Source of the DNA: Blasia pusilla
Taxonomy: Eukaryota
Length of the DNA stretch: 64,000 bases
Direction: 5' to 3'
Assembly (NCBI GenBank): GCA_050084515.1
Contig: CM114271.1
Coordinates: 3,472,001 to 3,536,000 of the forward strand
The notes below the pieces were generated by a model. It saw only the letters and a program-made list of their open reading frames with translations. It was not told where the DNA came from and searched no databases. The number at the start of each line of letters is the position of its first letter. Position 1 is the first letter of the stretch. Positions 10,860 through 23,028 of the stretch are shown here, one piece after another. The translations under genes and the position numbers were made by a program.

Positions 10860-11940
10860 AGTAGTGCCACATTTGGCTCAGAGAGAGCGCATTGTGCGAC
10901 ATGCCCATGAGGAGTTGGGACATTTTGGGGTAAAGCATACGTATAGCTTACTCCTTGGCCAGTATTAATGGCGTGGCATGCATACTCAGGTGCAGCAGTT
11001 GGTGTCACGTTGTATGGTTTGTGACCGGGTGAGGGCATCATTTAATGCCCCTACACCACAATTACACCCCTTGCCTATTATGGGGTTGGGTTACCGTTGG
11101 AGTGTGGACTTTGCAGGACCTTTACCATTGATGCGTCATAATCGATATGTGTTGGTGATGGTTGAGCATTTTTCCAAGTGGATTGAGTTGGTGGCATTAC
11201 CTGACAAAGCTAGTGAGGAACGGCGTATGCGTTTGGATAGAGTGCTTAGTCATTTTGGTGCACCGGTGAAGTTGACCGACCAGTCTGAGTTTGTGGTGAG
11301 TTTCAGGTCTTGTGTGACAAGGCGTTGATTGATCATCGGACCACGTCTCGAGATCATCCGAGGCGGATGGTTTGGTGGCGTGTGGTTCAGGCGGTGAAGA
11401 GGGCATTGCGCAAGTATGGCCTCTGAAGGGCATCTTGAGACTAGGATATTCAGTTGCCATGGTTAGCCATGGGGTATAGGTTCGATCGCCAAGCATCCTT
11501 GGCATCTTTCTCACCTTATTTTTACATTATACGGCCGAGATCCGGACTTGCCAAAGACAAGAATTCGGGAGTCTAGTGAGGTGGTGGACCTTGATGACCC
11601 AGAGATGTGGATGAGGGTGTGTTCTCAGCGGGCGGAGCTCTTTCAGAGAGTTATGCCAACAACCTTTGAGAATCTTGCCATTGCTCAACACAGGGATACG
11701 TTGCGGTATGCAACCATTCGGGATGGAGGTTATCGACCATCGATTCGTAGGTTCCATGTGGGGGACTATGTCTATTTGCAGCAGATTGCCCCGACAACGT
11801 TGGATGTGACGGCATGCCGCACTATTTTACGAGTGCGTGAGGTGTTAGCTTCTGGAGTTCTCATGTTGGAGGGTCGTGATGGAGTTGTTTGGAAAGATCA
11901 TGTGCGTAATTGTGCGCCATGTCATCTTCCAAATGTGGAT
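10860..11940 (+). pseudogene. Integrase of the DNMT-Gypsy element
   Basis: HHCC zinc finger (HAHEELGHFG...CMVCDR), WSVDFAGPLP, YVLVMVEHFSKWIE, LTD core, and RFHVGDYVYL. Confidence 0.9.
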
Positions 11941-11979
11941 GGTACTGTTGACCCAAGCTTAGCCATGATACGTGCTAGC

Positions 11980-12126
11980 TTGAGGTGCATGTTGTGTGGG
12001 TCTGCTAGTAACGCATCCCGTATGTTGGTGTGTGATCGGTGTTCTAGGGGTTGGCACATGATGTGTTTGACTCCACGTTTGGATGTTGTTCCTACTGGAA
12101 GGTGGGTTTGTCCTCGATGTACTTAG
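11980..12126 (+). CDS. PHD finger (C4HC3) at the integrase C-terminus, intact
   Basis: RCMLCGSASNASRMLVCDRCSRGWHMMCLTPRLDVVPTGRWVCPRCT*, in frame with the integrase tail (ORF 11548-12126). Confidence 0.92.
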   Translation: MRCMLCGSASNASRMLVCDRCSRGWHMMCLTPRLDVVPTGRWVCPRCT

Positions 12127-13731
12127 GAGAGGTAGATGACTTGATTTTTGCATGATATGGATTACTGATGTGCGACTAACGATGGGGCAACCTAGCACCC
12201 GGCCTTCTGATTCGGGCACCCAAGAAGGTGTATAGCATGTAGTAGATGTATAGGGCTACCTGGGAGTTAGAGATGACACTGCTGCTACTGCCGCACCGGT
12301 CGTGACATGCCGCTGCCCACACTCGCCGTTGCTCCTCTGCTTGTCCTGGTTTCGGAGCACTGTGGATCTTCGCTTTTGATGGCGAGCAGGAAGGAAGATT
12401 CCCCAGCATGTGCGCTGTCCCCAACATGCGCTGCTGCTGGTGGGAGGAAGCGAGGAAGCACACAGGACGACGATCAATGTATCTCTCTCTCGGTCTGCCG
12501 ACTCTGTTCGTTTGTGTCGAGGTTGACTACCGTGACAACAGAGCGTTGTGACAACACGTGAAAGACCACTGTTGTGGCGTTACTGCGGCAGAGCGAAGAG
12601 AGAAAGAAAGAAAGAAAGAATTAAAACGCTCTACACGAGAGCGGGGAGATGTTAGTGGGGATGGATTCGAGGAGGACGGGGCCGTAGGAGTCATCACTTG
12701 CTCGCTCCGCATTCCTTCCTTCCTTCCTTCCTTCGCTCGCTCGCTCCGGCGTCCGCTAGATCTCCGGAGGATGGAGGAATGGAATGGAAGTAAAGTTGTT
12801 GTTTTTTCCTCTCTGGAATCCGGATCTCTCGCGGGTTACGGTGTACTCCTTGGACCTGGGAATCTCCCACGCGCGCAGTGACAAGAGGATGAGGGTCAGT
12901 TTACTGAGGCACTGGAAGTCCCACGCACGTCCAAGAGGCGAGCAGCGAATTCATCCGGAGAACTACGGGGGCGAATCATGGGGCAGCCAGGTGCCAGACA
13001 CGACATGGTGGTTCCGTTCCGAGAGCTCTCGAGAGTCGAGTGACATGAGGCGCAGGGTCAAATGCAAATGAATGGGAGAGCGTGGATTCATTCTAGAGAG
13101 AAGCAGAGATCACGCTGACGAGATTAGGTGGATCGATGGTGCAAGTCAAGAACCTGACTGTAGCAGCTACAGTCCGGATGGTTTTTTCAGGACTCCGCTA
13201 CAGTCAGGTCCATGACTTGCTCGAACACAGACAGGGCATACGATATCATGCGGGAAAACTCACGGCTTGGAGTGTCAACAATCGCTCCTGAGTAGTAGTA
13301 GTAGTAGTAGTAGTAAATAATAATAATAACCACCCGCCTGAGGAGGTTGATCAGTTCAGTTTTACTCTACTCTCTGGCTGGCTCTAGCACTGACAGACAG
13401 TCTTAGCTTTTCTCAAGTGAAAGCCGAAGAAGCCTTCTTCGGCGTCTCCATTCCGTTCCGGTCATCTTCGCTTCGCTTCTTCTTGGAGCGTCGGAGCGGG
13501 ACTCGCCGACATGTCTGCAGCACAGAAGAGGAAGGGGTCGTCGTTTATTTATTTATTCATTCATTATCGGAAGCTCCTCTCTGAGAGTCTGAGGGCGTAT
13601 CATACGCAAGAGACATTGCAAGTCCAGTCCAGTCCAGTGACTGGAGTCACTGCGATTGGCGACTAGCCCGCCAAGTCTTGAGTCTTGAGTCGTGACTCGT
13701 GAGTCGGGGGCATGGAATTTGTACGAATCCG

Positions 13732-13817
13732 GGTGTTGCGCCATTCAATAATGGTGTTTTGTCTCCTCTCATCAGGTGTTGCGCCATTCAATAATGGTGT
13801 TTTGTCTCCTCTCATCA
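13732..13817. repeat. Perfect 43-bp tandem duplication
   Basis: ggtgttgcgccattcaataatggtgttttgtctcctctcatca x2. Confidence 0.95.
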
Positions 13818-15552
13818 GAACCTCTTGTCGATGGCAGACGAGTCCCATGCGCCCAAGTAGCCTGTACCGCATTCACGTATGTTCGGGTATGCTGCGAGTA
13901 TACTAGTTGCCCATGAGATGGGGAGGTGGCTGCTGCTGCTAATGCCCCAGCTGGAGTCAGCAGTGATTCCTCCCTCCTGTTCACCATAGCCACCTTAGCT
14001 TCCGCTCTTTTCTTTTCCACTCTCTCAGGATAACTTCGAGAGTTCCGTCCCATTCTAGGCCTACACTGCAGTACTGCTCTGGATAACCCTAGAAATATGG
14101 GATGTTCGATGAATCAAAACATGAAAATAAAAAGCTAGCCACGTTTTCGAGTAGCTTAAGACCTAGTGCGGCAGATAGGACAATCATAGCCAGGCTTTCT
14201 TGCATTCTTCCATATCCATGACCGAGAGAGTTCCGTCTAAATCGAGACCTACTGCAGAGAGTCAGTCAGACAGTCAGTCAGTGCACTAGAGAACTCGCGA
14301 GACGCAGAATGTTCAACAAGTCCAAACACATTAGCCAGACCTCATTATCGAGTGCCTTCCGAGACGTCCGATTCATGTTCGGCTGCACCGCGAACGACGA
14401 GGACTCCTCTCTTCCTCGCGTCATTTCACTCTCTTATCGCAACTGCGAGCGTTCCCCGGTTCAAGGCGTGATGTAGCGTGCAAATGCAGGAAGCTGAAAT
14501 AAGCCGAAGTCTCGAGCACCGACACTTCCAATTCGAAGCATTTTTCCTACGGACTTGCATCGGAAGGAAACCCTAGGGAAGCACGATGTTCTCATCTGTC
14601 GCGTAAGTACCTGATTATTACTCCAGAAGTTGCTGCTCTCTGGGAAAACTGAAGTGTGTCAGATCAGCGCCACTGCAGCAAGTCCAGACAAGCATGTTCG
14701 TTCCGGCCTCGCTCCCTCGCTCGCTTTTACGGAGCTATTTCGTGCGCTGCACTGTGCTCGTCGTACTTGTCACATGTGTGTGTCACTCGATTCACATATT
14801 CATTCCAAATTCACGCGCAAAAGTTACTCACCCGCTCTCCTCCTGCTCCTCCTCCTCCTTACCATCTCCTCCATCTCTTTCTACCTGGCTCCTCCGCTCG
14901 CTCGTACATCGCATGACATCCGACGATGCTTTAGATTCGTCACCGTCTGACAACAAGTGCCCGTACGACCTTCATCTTTTACATGGCTTCCCTGTTGCAC
15001 GCACGACATGCTCGATTGATTCCCTGTCTAATCTACACAGACGGCGCATGCGTCTTTGCCCGTAGTTGCTTAGACAATGTTGTCATCACCGTGTGGTCAA
15101 AACAGAAAGGGAGTCAATTTTGACTCGGGGCTTAGAAATGCTCCTCCAATGCCGAGAAACACCAAGGGAATCTAAAAGTCCACTGGAGCATCCATCCCAC
15201 ATCTTTTGCATGTTCCATGGAAGCAGCCAGTGAGTGGTTTTCTCTTTCGGTCAGTTTGTTTGTTTGTTTGTTGCTGTGTTGTTTTGTTTTGGGCGTTTGG
15301 TTGCTTTCAATCCGTCTGATCGATCGCGTTTGGGTCGCTTCGAATGTGTTTGCGATGACCTGATGCGATGGGGCTTTAGGATCGTGTTCTTGTGACGGGA
15401 AAGCCCTTCGCAAGCTTTAAAATCGTCCGTGGTCAAAACGTGTCACTCCTGCTCTCAGAAGCCATTGTGATGATGCTGAGAGGTGTCATGTTGTTGGAGC
15501 CGCCCCCCAAACACGAGAACATCTCGCTCGCTCGCCCCCGAACTCTTTCTTC

Positions 15553-15654
15553 CTCTCTCTCTCTCTCTATCTATCCAGCCTCTCCACGTGTCCTACCCTT
15601 CTCTCTCTCTCTCGCTCTCTATCTATCCAGCCTCTCCACGTGTCCTACCCTTCT
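15553..15654. repeat. ~50-bp tandem duplication of a (CT)n plus CACGTG unit
   Basis: ctctctatctatccagcctctccacgtgtcctacccttctc occurs twice in tandem. Confidence 0.85.
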
Positions 15655-15884
15655 CAAAGTATCGCACAGTGGTTTCCTTTCCCGTATAGATCGCGGGGAG
15701 TCTTGCGAGTTCCGAGTCGTGACTGGGCGTATGGTTCGCGCACCGTAGGCCCGCTCAGAAACCGGTGCGGCCCCTTTGAGAGGGGAAGAAAGTTTCACAC
15801 ATACTAGAAGAAGATTGGGTGAGTACACGTGGGTAGCAAGTATGAACCGAAAACTGCAGTTGTATATGTAGAGGAGGAAATGAA

Positions 15885-18760
15885 TATAAACTTTAATAGA
15901 AGCTTGGATGGAAAACCCGTCGGGATACAAACGAGGGGGGCATAGAGAGCCAAAAAACCCATCGGGCCAAAACCGGCCTTGAAGAGAGAGGAGGGGGCCT
16001 CCCCCCCACCGACCAAAATCACTAAGAACAGAGACAATATCAACAACACCTAGAGAACTATGGCTACTACTAAGTGGGCCTCTAGCATTGGCGTCTCCAA
16101 TTGCATGAGCCCGTCGCAAAAGCCCATTTGTTTGGGCACGCTGCAAAGCTATGGAGACCCGTTGCCTACAAGAAAGTATCGCAGTGGCTAAGGCAACCCA
16201 TTTCTCGACTAGAGATGATGGGGGAAATCCGTAAGGAACGAGTCAAACCTCTCCCCCATAGCCCCGTACATCTCAATGACTAGGGGGATAAATCCATGTC
16301 CGTCTAGAAGTCGACTATAAATGTGGGTCTTCTTTACCGCCGCCGCCGCTCCTTGTAGCAATCTCCCTTGTGCCACCACTTGGGCTCGCATCGCCTCACG
16401 TGTAGGATCCGTCACTACAACATCCACTACCACCACCTCAGACTCTCGTGTCATGTAGAGATCAACACGGATAAGTGAATCCTGCATGGAGTTGTGCCTC
16501 TCTGTGCACATGGAAGCCACTCTCCCGAGAAATAGGGAACATAATATCCCCCACTGCATCGTGAATGGCTATCCTAATTGGACACTGTGCCAAGTGCACA
16601 CCAAGTGGATCTAGACTCCGGCGACACTCGCAATGTTTCAAACCAATAACCGATGGTTGGGGGAGACCCAGTCAGAACCGCAACGCTGTAGAGTAGGTAA
16701 GTGGTGCGATGCGAAAAGCCACGATGAGGGGATGAGCCCCTATCCATGAGCCTTCCCCCTTTCCGGAGCAAGAGCGAATACGCGCCCTAATCTCCATGGG
16801 GATATTCCCATCCGACATAGTAGCTCTGAACAATGCATCAAAGTGGGCTTCCATCAAAGAAGATTGGAGCCCAGACTGTCCGGAGCTAACTAGGGAAGAG
16901 AAAGTGGGAAGAACTGCCCTAGCCTCAACAAGAAGGGAGTCTCTACAAGCTCTGAGTGAAGACTGAAGTGGGAAAAGACCACCCTCGACCTGGGAAACGT
17001 ATTATAAAAGTAGAGGTCTATCCCTAACCAAAAATTGGGAGCAAAGGAGGGATGCTACACTGGCCCAACTCCCTAAAAAAGCCAAAGATGCCACTAACTG
17101 AGTCGCTATAAGACCTACTTCACCAAAGGCAATCGGCCAAGAAGCCTGTCTACGAGCTAACTCCCCCGCGGGGCACTCTAAGGAGTCGGGTCCTAGAAGA
17201 TCCCCAAATGCCTGCATGATCTTTCTATCAAAGGATCTATACAAGGAAGAAATATGGCTAGACGCGCACACGATTATACACAGATAACCAGGTCTACGAG
17301 CGAAACATGACGAGAGGATGCCGTAGGCTACTTGAGGGTCACCAATCCTCGTGAGATCGTGGATGTGGAAAAGATCCTCGGTCAGAGACGCCGCCACAAA
17401 ACTCGATACAAAGTCTTGGCTCTCGAGTGGGACTCCCAAGATGCGAAGCCCTCCAATAGGTGTCAAAAAACTGTTGGGTAAATGAATATCAGCCGGCAAG
17501 CTTGATGGAGACCAAGCCTTGCACTTTCCCACCTTCATTGCGAGGCCGACACATGCCAAATATGTTGAAAAGTGCTGAAATGCAGAATAACCAAGTCTCC
17601 AGGGCCAACAATATGAGTATCATCTGCCAACAAAGGGAAAATGCAACCTAGGAAAGGCTCCACCGTAGAAAGAACCGCTCGATAATGAGCCAAAGCAAAC
17701 AATGCACCACCCAAGGGATCACCTTGACAAGTCCCGGTAGCAGACTCCAAAACCGTGACCTCCTCCTCGAACCCACCGTGGCAAAAATAGAGGGCCAAAG
17801 GGGCCCCATAGAAAGCCTGCACGAAGGGAATCAGGCTCACAATAGGATCCCTACATCTCTCAACTCCAAGAAGATAGCTACCCGAGACACTGAGTTGAAG
17901 GCGTTCTCCACATCAACTTGGAGAACCACCCACTCAAGATGTATATCCAGACAAGCCCTCAAACCTAAGGCTACAGTCTCACAACCAGCTAGTGTGGCAA
18001 CTCTGAACTGGTGCAGACTTAGATGTGACTGGAAAGCCTCACGGAATTGCAAAGCGATAGTGCGACTCACCAACCGCAAGAGCGCCTCACCTATGGCGAT
18101 TGGACGGATCCCTCCACCCTCCTTCGACAACGCCAAAAGTTGCCCCGCCCCCAATACTTGGGCCACTATTGTTGGCAATCTCCCTTGAGCTAGGTGAGAG
18201 GTAACCTAAAGCAACTCGGAAAAGCCGCTAGCAGAGTCCTGGGGGGGAAAGAAATCACGAAGGTGTTCGTACATCATACCGGACAAGCCTCCGGCTGCTA
18301 TCCTAGGGGAACGCCCGAGTGCCCGTGCAAAGAGGGACAGGTCTAGGCATAAAGCCATGCTAGGATGGAAGTCACGTACAAAAGTTGGAATGTCAACTGC
18401 TGGATGAGGATGTAGCCTCCGGAGGGCGTCGATGGTAAGAGCGGAAGGAGGAGCCATGTCCATAGGGCGGAGCGCACGAGTCGCTCGCAAGTGCTCCCCA
18501 CCTCGTCCAAGTGTCCTACATCGTTGCAACGTGATTGCTACAAGATCATCCGCTGGGAAACCAAGTGAAGTTCTACCTCTACCATATGCCACGAACTCGC
18601 TCTGCAGAGACTCCCAATCGCCTCCTTGAAAGCGCCGCAATCGGGCCACAACCTCTCTATGGCCAGCCTTCCCTCCCCGGGTATAACGAAGACACCATTG
18701 TGGAAGGAGAAGTAGTAGATACCATGAGAGCTCATCGAGGATCAAGTGCGATCCGAGAAG
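15885..18760 (-). mobile_element. CRE-like non-LTR retrotransposon (RT plus restriction-like endonuclease), 5'-truncated and decayed; copy 1
   Basis: GIRPIAIGEALLRLV, VLQVDVENAFNSVSR, QGDPLGGALFAL, LADDTHIVG, LRILGVPL, and C-terminal RVDLY..VVVDVVVTDP..K...Y..FIPLVIEMYGAMG. The ~200-bp 3' UTR is shared with 35390-35590. Confidence 0.85.
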
Positions 18761-18947
18761 GAGAGAAACTCAATGGAGGGTGGAGTACACGTGGATATGC
18801 TATATGAACCGCAGTTAAATGTAGAGGCCGTAATGAAATGGACTCGAGAGAGGCATGAATCCACGTGCGGAAAGGAATCCCCTCCATGTAAGGGCTCTTC
18901 AGAATCGCATGCAAAGCAGGAGACGAGTTTCACATGCCCTTCCAAGG

Positions 18948-19180
18948 AGGCGGACTCAGGCGGTTGGAGATGACAATGATAGAGGCCCACTTAGTAGTAG
19001 CCATAGTTCTCTGGGTGTTGTTGATATTGTCTCCACTGTTGATGAGTTTGGTTGATAGGGGGGTAAAGGCCCCCTTCTTTCTTTTCAGGGCCGGTTTTGG
19101 CCCGCGGGTTTTTGGTTCTCTACCCCCCCTTTTGTATTCTAATGGGTTTTCCATCAAACTTTTTTTATTGAAGTTTATCA
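18948..19180 (+). mobile_element. Short 3'-end fragment of the same CRE-like family, inverted relative to copy 1
   Basis: tagaggcccacttagtagtagccatagttctct...gggttttccatc...aagtttat matches the reverse complement of 15885-16110 and matches 35390-35590. Confidence 0.85.
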
Positions 19181-22091
19181 TTCAAATCTGGGGAAAAGTG
19201 TTGTGAACATCTCCTAATGCACATGGCGAGAGGAAGTGCACTCCTCTCTCTCGAAGGAGGAGATGATGCGGTGGACAATAGAATACTCGAGAATGGATTC
19301 ACACCCTGTACATTGTAAGAGATGCGAAACATCATCTCTTTTGAAGTTGGATCTTGATTTTAGATAGAGTTGCTTGAAACAAATTGTAAGAACCTTTATG
19401 GGTCGATTATCTAAGATCGAGACTTCTATTTCCATAGACATTGCATAATACTTGGGGTTGCTATAGCATTCAAAATGCTAGAGTCCAGGTAGTCGTTACG
19501 GAAACCTCCAAGAGTGCTTGTACATAGGAAATGCTCGTGACTAGAGTTACAAAATAAAACTAGAGCAAGTGTAGAGAGGGCATAAAGAAGAATCCAAAAG
19601 TTGGGTAAAACCCAATCTATATTATTATGGGAGAGTGTCCTTATAGGGGTGTTATGTCTCCTGATGACATGGCACCCCCATTCTTTTTGACATGTAGGTA
19701 ATTGATATGTGTCTTTCCTATAAGTTCCTCTCCATCGCATGAGCTTGGTCTTCTTGAGCTCTCTTTCACCTGTGTTGAGCACATGTGAAAGAGAGCACCG
19801 GCACCAGCTAGTAATTAACAACACGGAAACTTTGGAGATGAGATAGCAGCACCTAAAGGTGGGCAAAACCCATGCAATTTACTCATAAATCTATCTAGGC
19901 TTACTTCGCCATGTTGGATTGATCTTTAAGACATTTGTGAATCTATCTTTTTTAGATTGGTGGGATGTGAATGACTAAGGCTACAATTCTTTTATTTTTT
20001 GCATGATTATTTAGAAAATTTATCCATCTCTTTTATGATTTAATGCGTAGGGATGATTATAGTAAAGATTTCTATCACCGTCCACAAGGGAAGCCAAAAA
20101 TTGGGAGGTATGTAACAACATATTATGGGGGTAGTGAAGTCTAATTAAGCTTTTCATTCCCGCCTAGAATATTTTGAGGAGGCATGGAACTATCTTCATA
20201 GTATTAGTGGAATTTTCTTCTAATGGTCGTTATTTAAATCCTTTCTTGGAATAAAATTTTGGAGATGGATAAGTCTAATTTTTCATTGCTAGGTAGAATA
20301 TTTTGACACATGAAACTTGTAGATTTAGGTGATAAAACTTAGAAATGTATTTGATGAGGCAAAAATGAGGCGGAGTTTGTATTATCATGACATAACAACT
20401 TCTTGATTTACAAACATACGTTTGATTCAAGACTTGTAAATTTAATCATGATCTATTCTATTCACGGCATGCACTATACATTAGTATTTATGGATGAAAG
20501 AGGGGGCAATATATAGTCTTAATATAGGTGAGATTCTAATGCTACGAGCAAAGAAAAACATTTGACTCTACATCTATGAAATTAGAGGCAGATATATCAT
20601 GGTGTGTCCCATTAGAGAGCAATTTGCGAACATCATATGCTATATTGAATACATCCATAAAAATATGTGTCTTTGTAGTCAGTTTGTTTTTAAAAAATAT
20701 GCATTTATCTCTTTTGTACATATTTTTGGCCTCCAACATAACTTCTTTGTTGAATCATAATGCACCAATAACATGTGCACAGAAGTCACCTAAACCTAAA
20801 TATGTCATTCTTTGACATATCATTATACTTAAAAATGTTGTGCAAAAATGGGTGCCCCCGGATATGTCTGCAGATGTGACATCCAACTCCTACACAAGAG
20901 TCTTTATGGAACCCAAGTCACTCTGAGGACTTAGTGGGTGGCGGAGGGGGCGGGGTAGACGTGGATCGAAAGGAAGGCGTGGAGGGCAAAGGGGAGGGAA
21001 TGCACAGAGGGGCGGGTGATAGTGGGAAGGGTACGGGGAGAGCCGGGGAGTGAGAGGGCAAGAGGAATGGAAGGAAAAGGAGAGATTAGGGTGGTTGTAT
21101 TAAAAGATAATATCAATGTTGCTTGCTTATCGAGGTTAGCATATTGATCTTCCTTGTTCCTAGTGAGCTTCCAAGGTTGCTATTGGAAAATTAATTGAAA
21201 ATATATGTTGTTATTTGCATTTATTTTATGGATCCATAAATATGATTATCGTGTCCATTGAATCATTATGAATTACCCCAATATTTCTTGGGTGGAATTT
21301 GTATTTCATTTTAGTGATGACCAAAGCCAAAGAACTCTAATAAATTGTGATGGAGTATTAGGAACAGGTACATGTGGATAATGAAACATCAAGCATAAGG
21401 CACCACAAGTATTAGTCCTAGGCATTGACAACGTATCATAACGAGAGAGGCAAAAGAAAAGAGATGGGAATGTGGATATCCATCATGCAAACCTGTATGT
21501 GAAGCTAAGGTCTCTCCTAAATTGAAACCTAGCTTTAAATCATACTTAGAGTTTAGTGGTTTTCCATGTCTAAGGTAATGACAGATAGATCCAAGACGTA
21601 TTTGTGATGAATAAAGTGGAGATCAAAAGCTTGTGATAATGAGAACATGGTGTATAGGTAGTAACAATACAGAAAAAAAAAAGAAAAAATTCTTTAAATT
21701 GTAGAAATAATAGTTTGGATTGAGGGTCACAAGGACCAGCCCAAGAGGGATTCTTTTGTAGAAGGAGATGCCCCATATGTTTAGAACCTTAATAGGGGAA
21801 GATTTTATGAGAGAGCTTAAAGCCTAAACCCCAAATTGGGATTCATGTGGCTTGAATCGAGGACATACGTGACAAGAAGGACTGTAGGATTCGCGTTCAA
21901 GTTTTGACACCAAATTTTGGATCCTAGATTTGGACTCTAACCAAGGGCACATATATTTGAGTACGAGTTAGAGAGTCGTTCAACATCCATGGAACAAGCA
22001 CTCGCACCTCAATCATTTTAAGTCTCTACATTATCAAGGAAATTTGTCCTCATTTTTGAATAACTTGCTTATGGTGGGAAAATGGGGATTG

Positions 22092-23014
22092 TGTTACGAC
22101 CCTCAAAACCAAACGAACACCAAATAGGCGCCAAGCGGAACATCAAAACTCAAGTGGACTCATGCTGCGATGATTTCCGTTTGGAGAGGCTTTTGGAGGT
22201 CTCTTGGAAAAGGCCAAGAAATAAAACGCAGAACAGAGTTGTGCGTTTCATGCGTTAGTGGTTGCGACGAGGAAACCTAAACCAAACGCGAACCAAGACT
22301 TGAGATGAGTTGAGTCTTGGAAGGTTGGTTGCCAAAGAGGTGAGAACCAGTTTTGGAACACGGCTAGCGTTTGGGGAAGTTGATTGTGTTTTGGATCATA
22401 ACGTTTAACCCCAAGATGAATTTGGAATAAATAAGGGCACATTGGAAATTTTATCTTCAGACGCTTCCAACGCACTAAAGATATTAGAAAATGGATGAGT
22501 ACAAGCTAAGATATGGCCAAAAACAATTGTGCGAGCAATCGGGTTGAGGGCCAATTTGAGGGCCCGACCATCTTTCCCTAAAGTTAGGGGGACCCCGGAG
22601 ATCCCCAGAAGTACTAGTAAGGGGGATTCTCTCCAAGATGTCTTGGAACACGAATCCCACTTTTAGCACCAAACGGCGTCTCAAGGGCACGGGATGGAAC
22701 GAGAGTTTGGCGTTCGAACTCGAAACCCAAACCTAAACCGCTAGGCGTGAAACGCCGTTTGAGGTTCCTAAACCGACTAGAAAATCTGTCCCAAGTCTTT
22801 CAAGACTTGCTTGTGTTGTTAACCGCAAAACTCGGAAGGTTGAGCTTGATGATAGGCTGAGTCGAGGACTCGGCAAGTTAGAACCGCTGATTGATCCAGG
22901 CCTGACTAACGTGAGTGCGTGTTTGGATGCACATCAGCGTTGAGAGCGTGACCTACTGAATGCATGCTTTCGCAATAACAAAGATTAACGTTCAAGGAGA
23001 GTAGGCGCACGACA
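22092..23014 (+). repeat. 5' LTR
   Basis: tgttacgac...gcacgaca. Homologous to the reverse complement of 1311-2323, with an internal ~90-bp indel. Confidence 0.9.
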
Positions 23015-23016
23015 CG

Positions 23017-23028
23017 TGGTATCAGAGC
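23017..23028 (+). promoter_or_regulatory. Primer-binding site, tRNA-iMet
   Basis: TGGTATCAGAGC 2 nt after the LTR end. Confidence 0.95.

Larger units (their letters stand above)
3121..12191 (+). mobile_element. Ty3/Gypsy LTR retrotransposon encoding a DNMT3-like cytosine methyltransferase and a C-terminal PHD finger; decayed, 3' LTR absent
   Basis: Putative 5' LTR, gag with two zinc knuckles, protease, C5-MTase motifs, RT (YIDD), RNase H, integrase and PHD, all collinear on the + strand. Candidate PPT gatggggcaacc at ~12181-12192. Confidence 0.9.

Noticed and set aside
12188-12200. tagc after the candidate PPT as the right-hand TSD of the DNMT element (left flank atagc)
   Set aside because: Only a 4-nt match, and chromodomain sequence does not resume afterwards.
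19214-20815. Minus-strand ORF fragments as a transposase or protease remnant
   Set aside because: No diagnostic motif I can support; needs a profile search.
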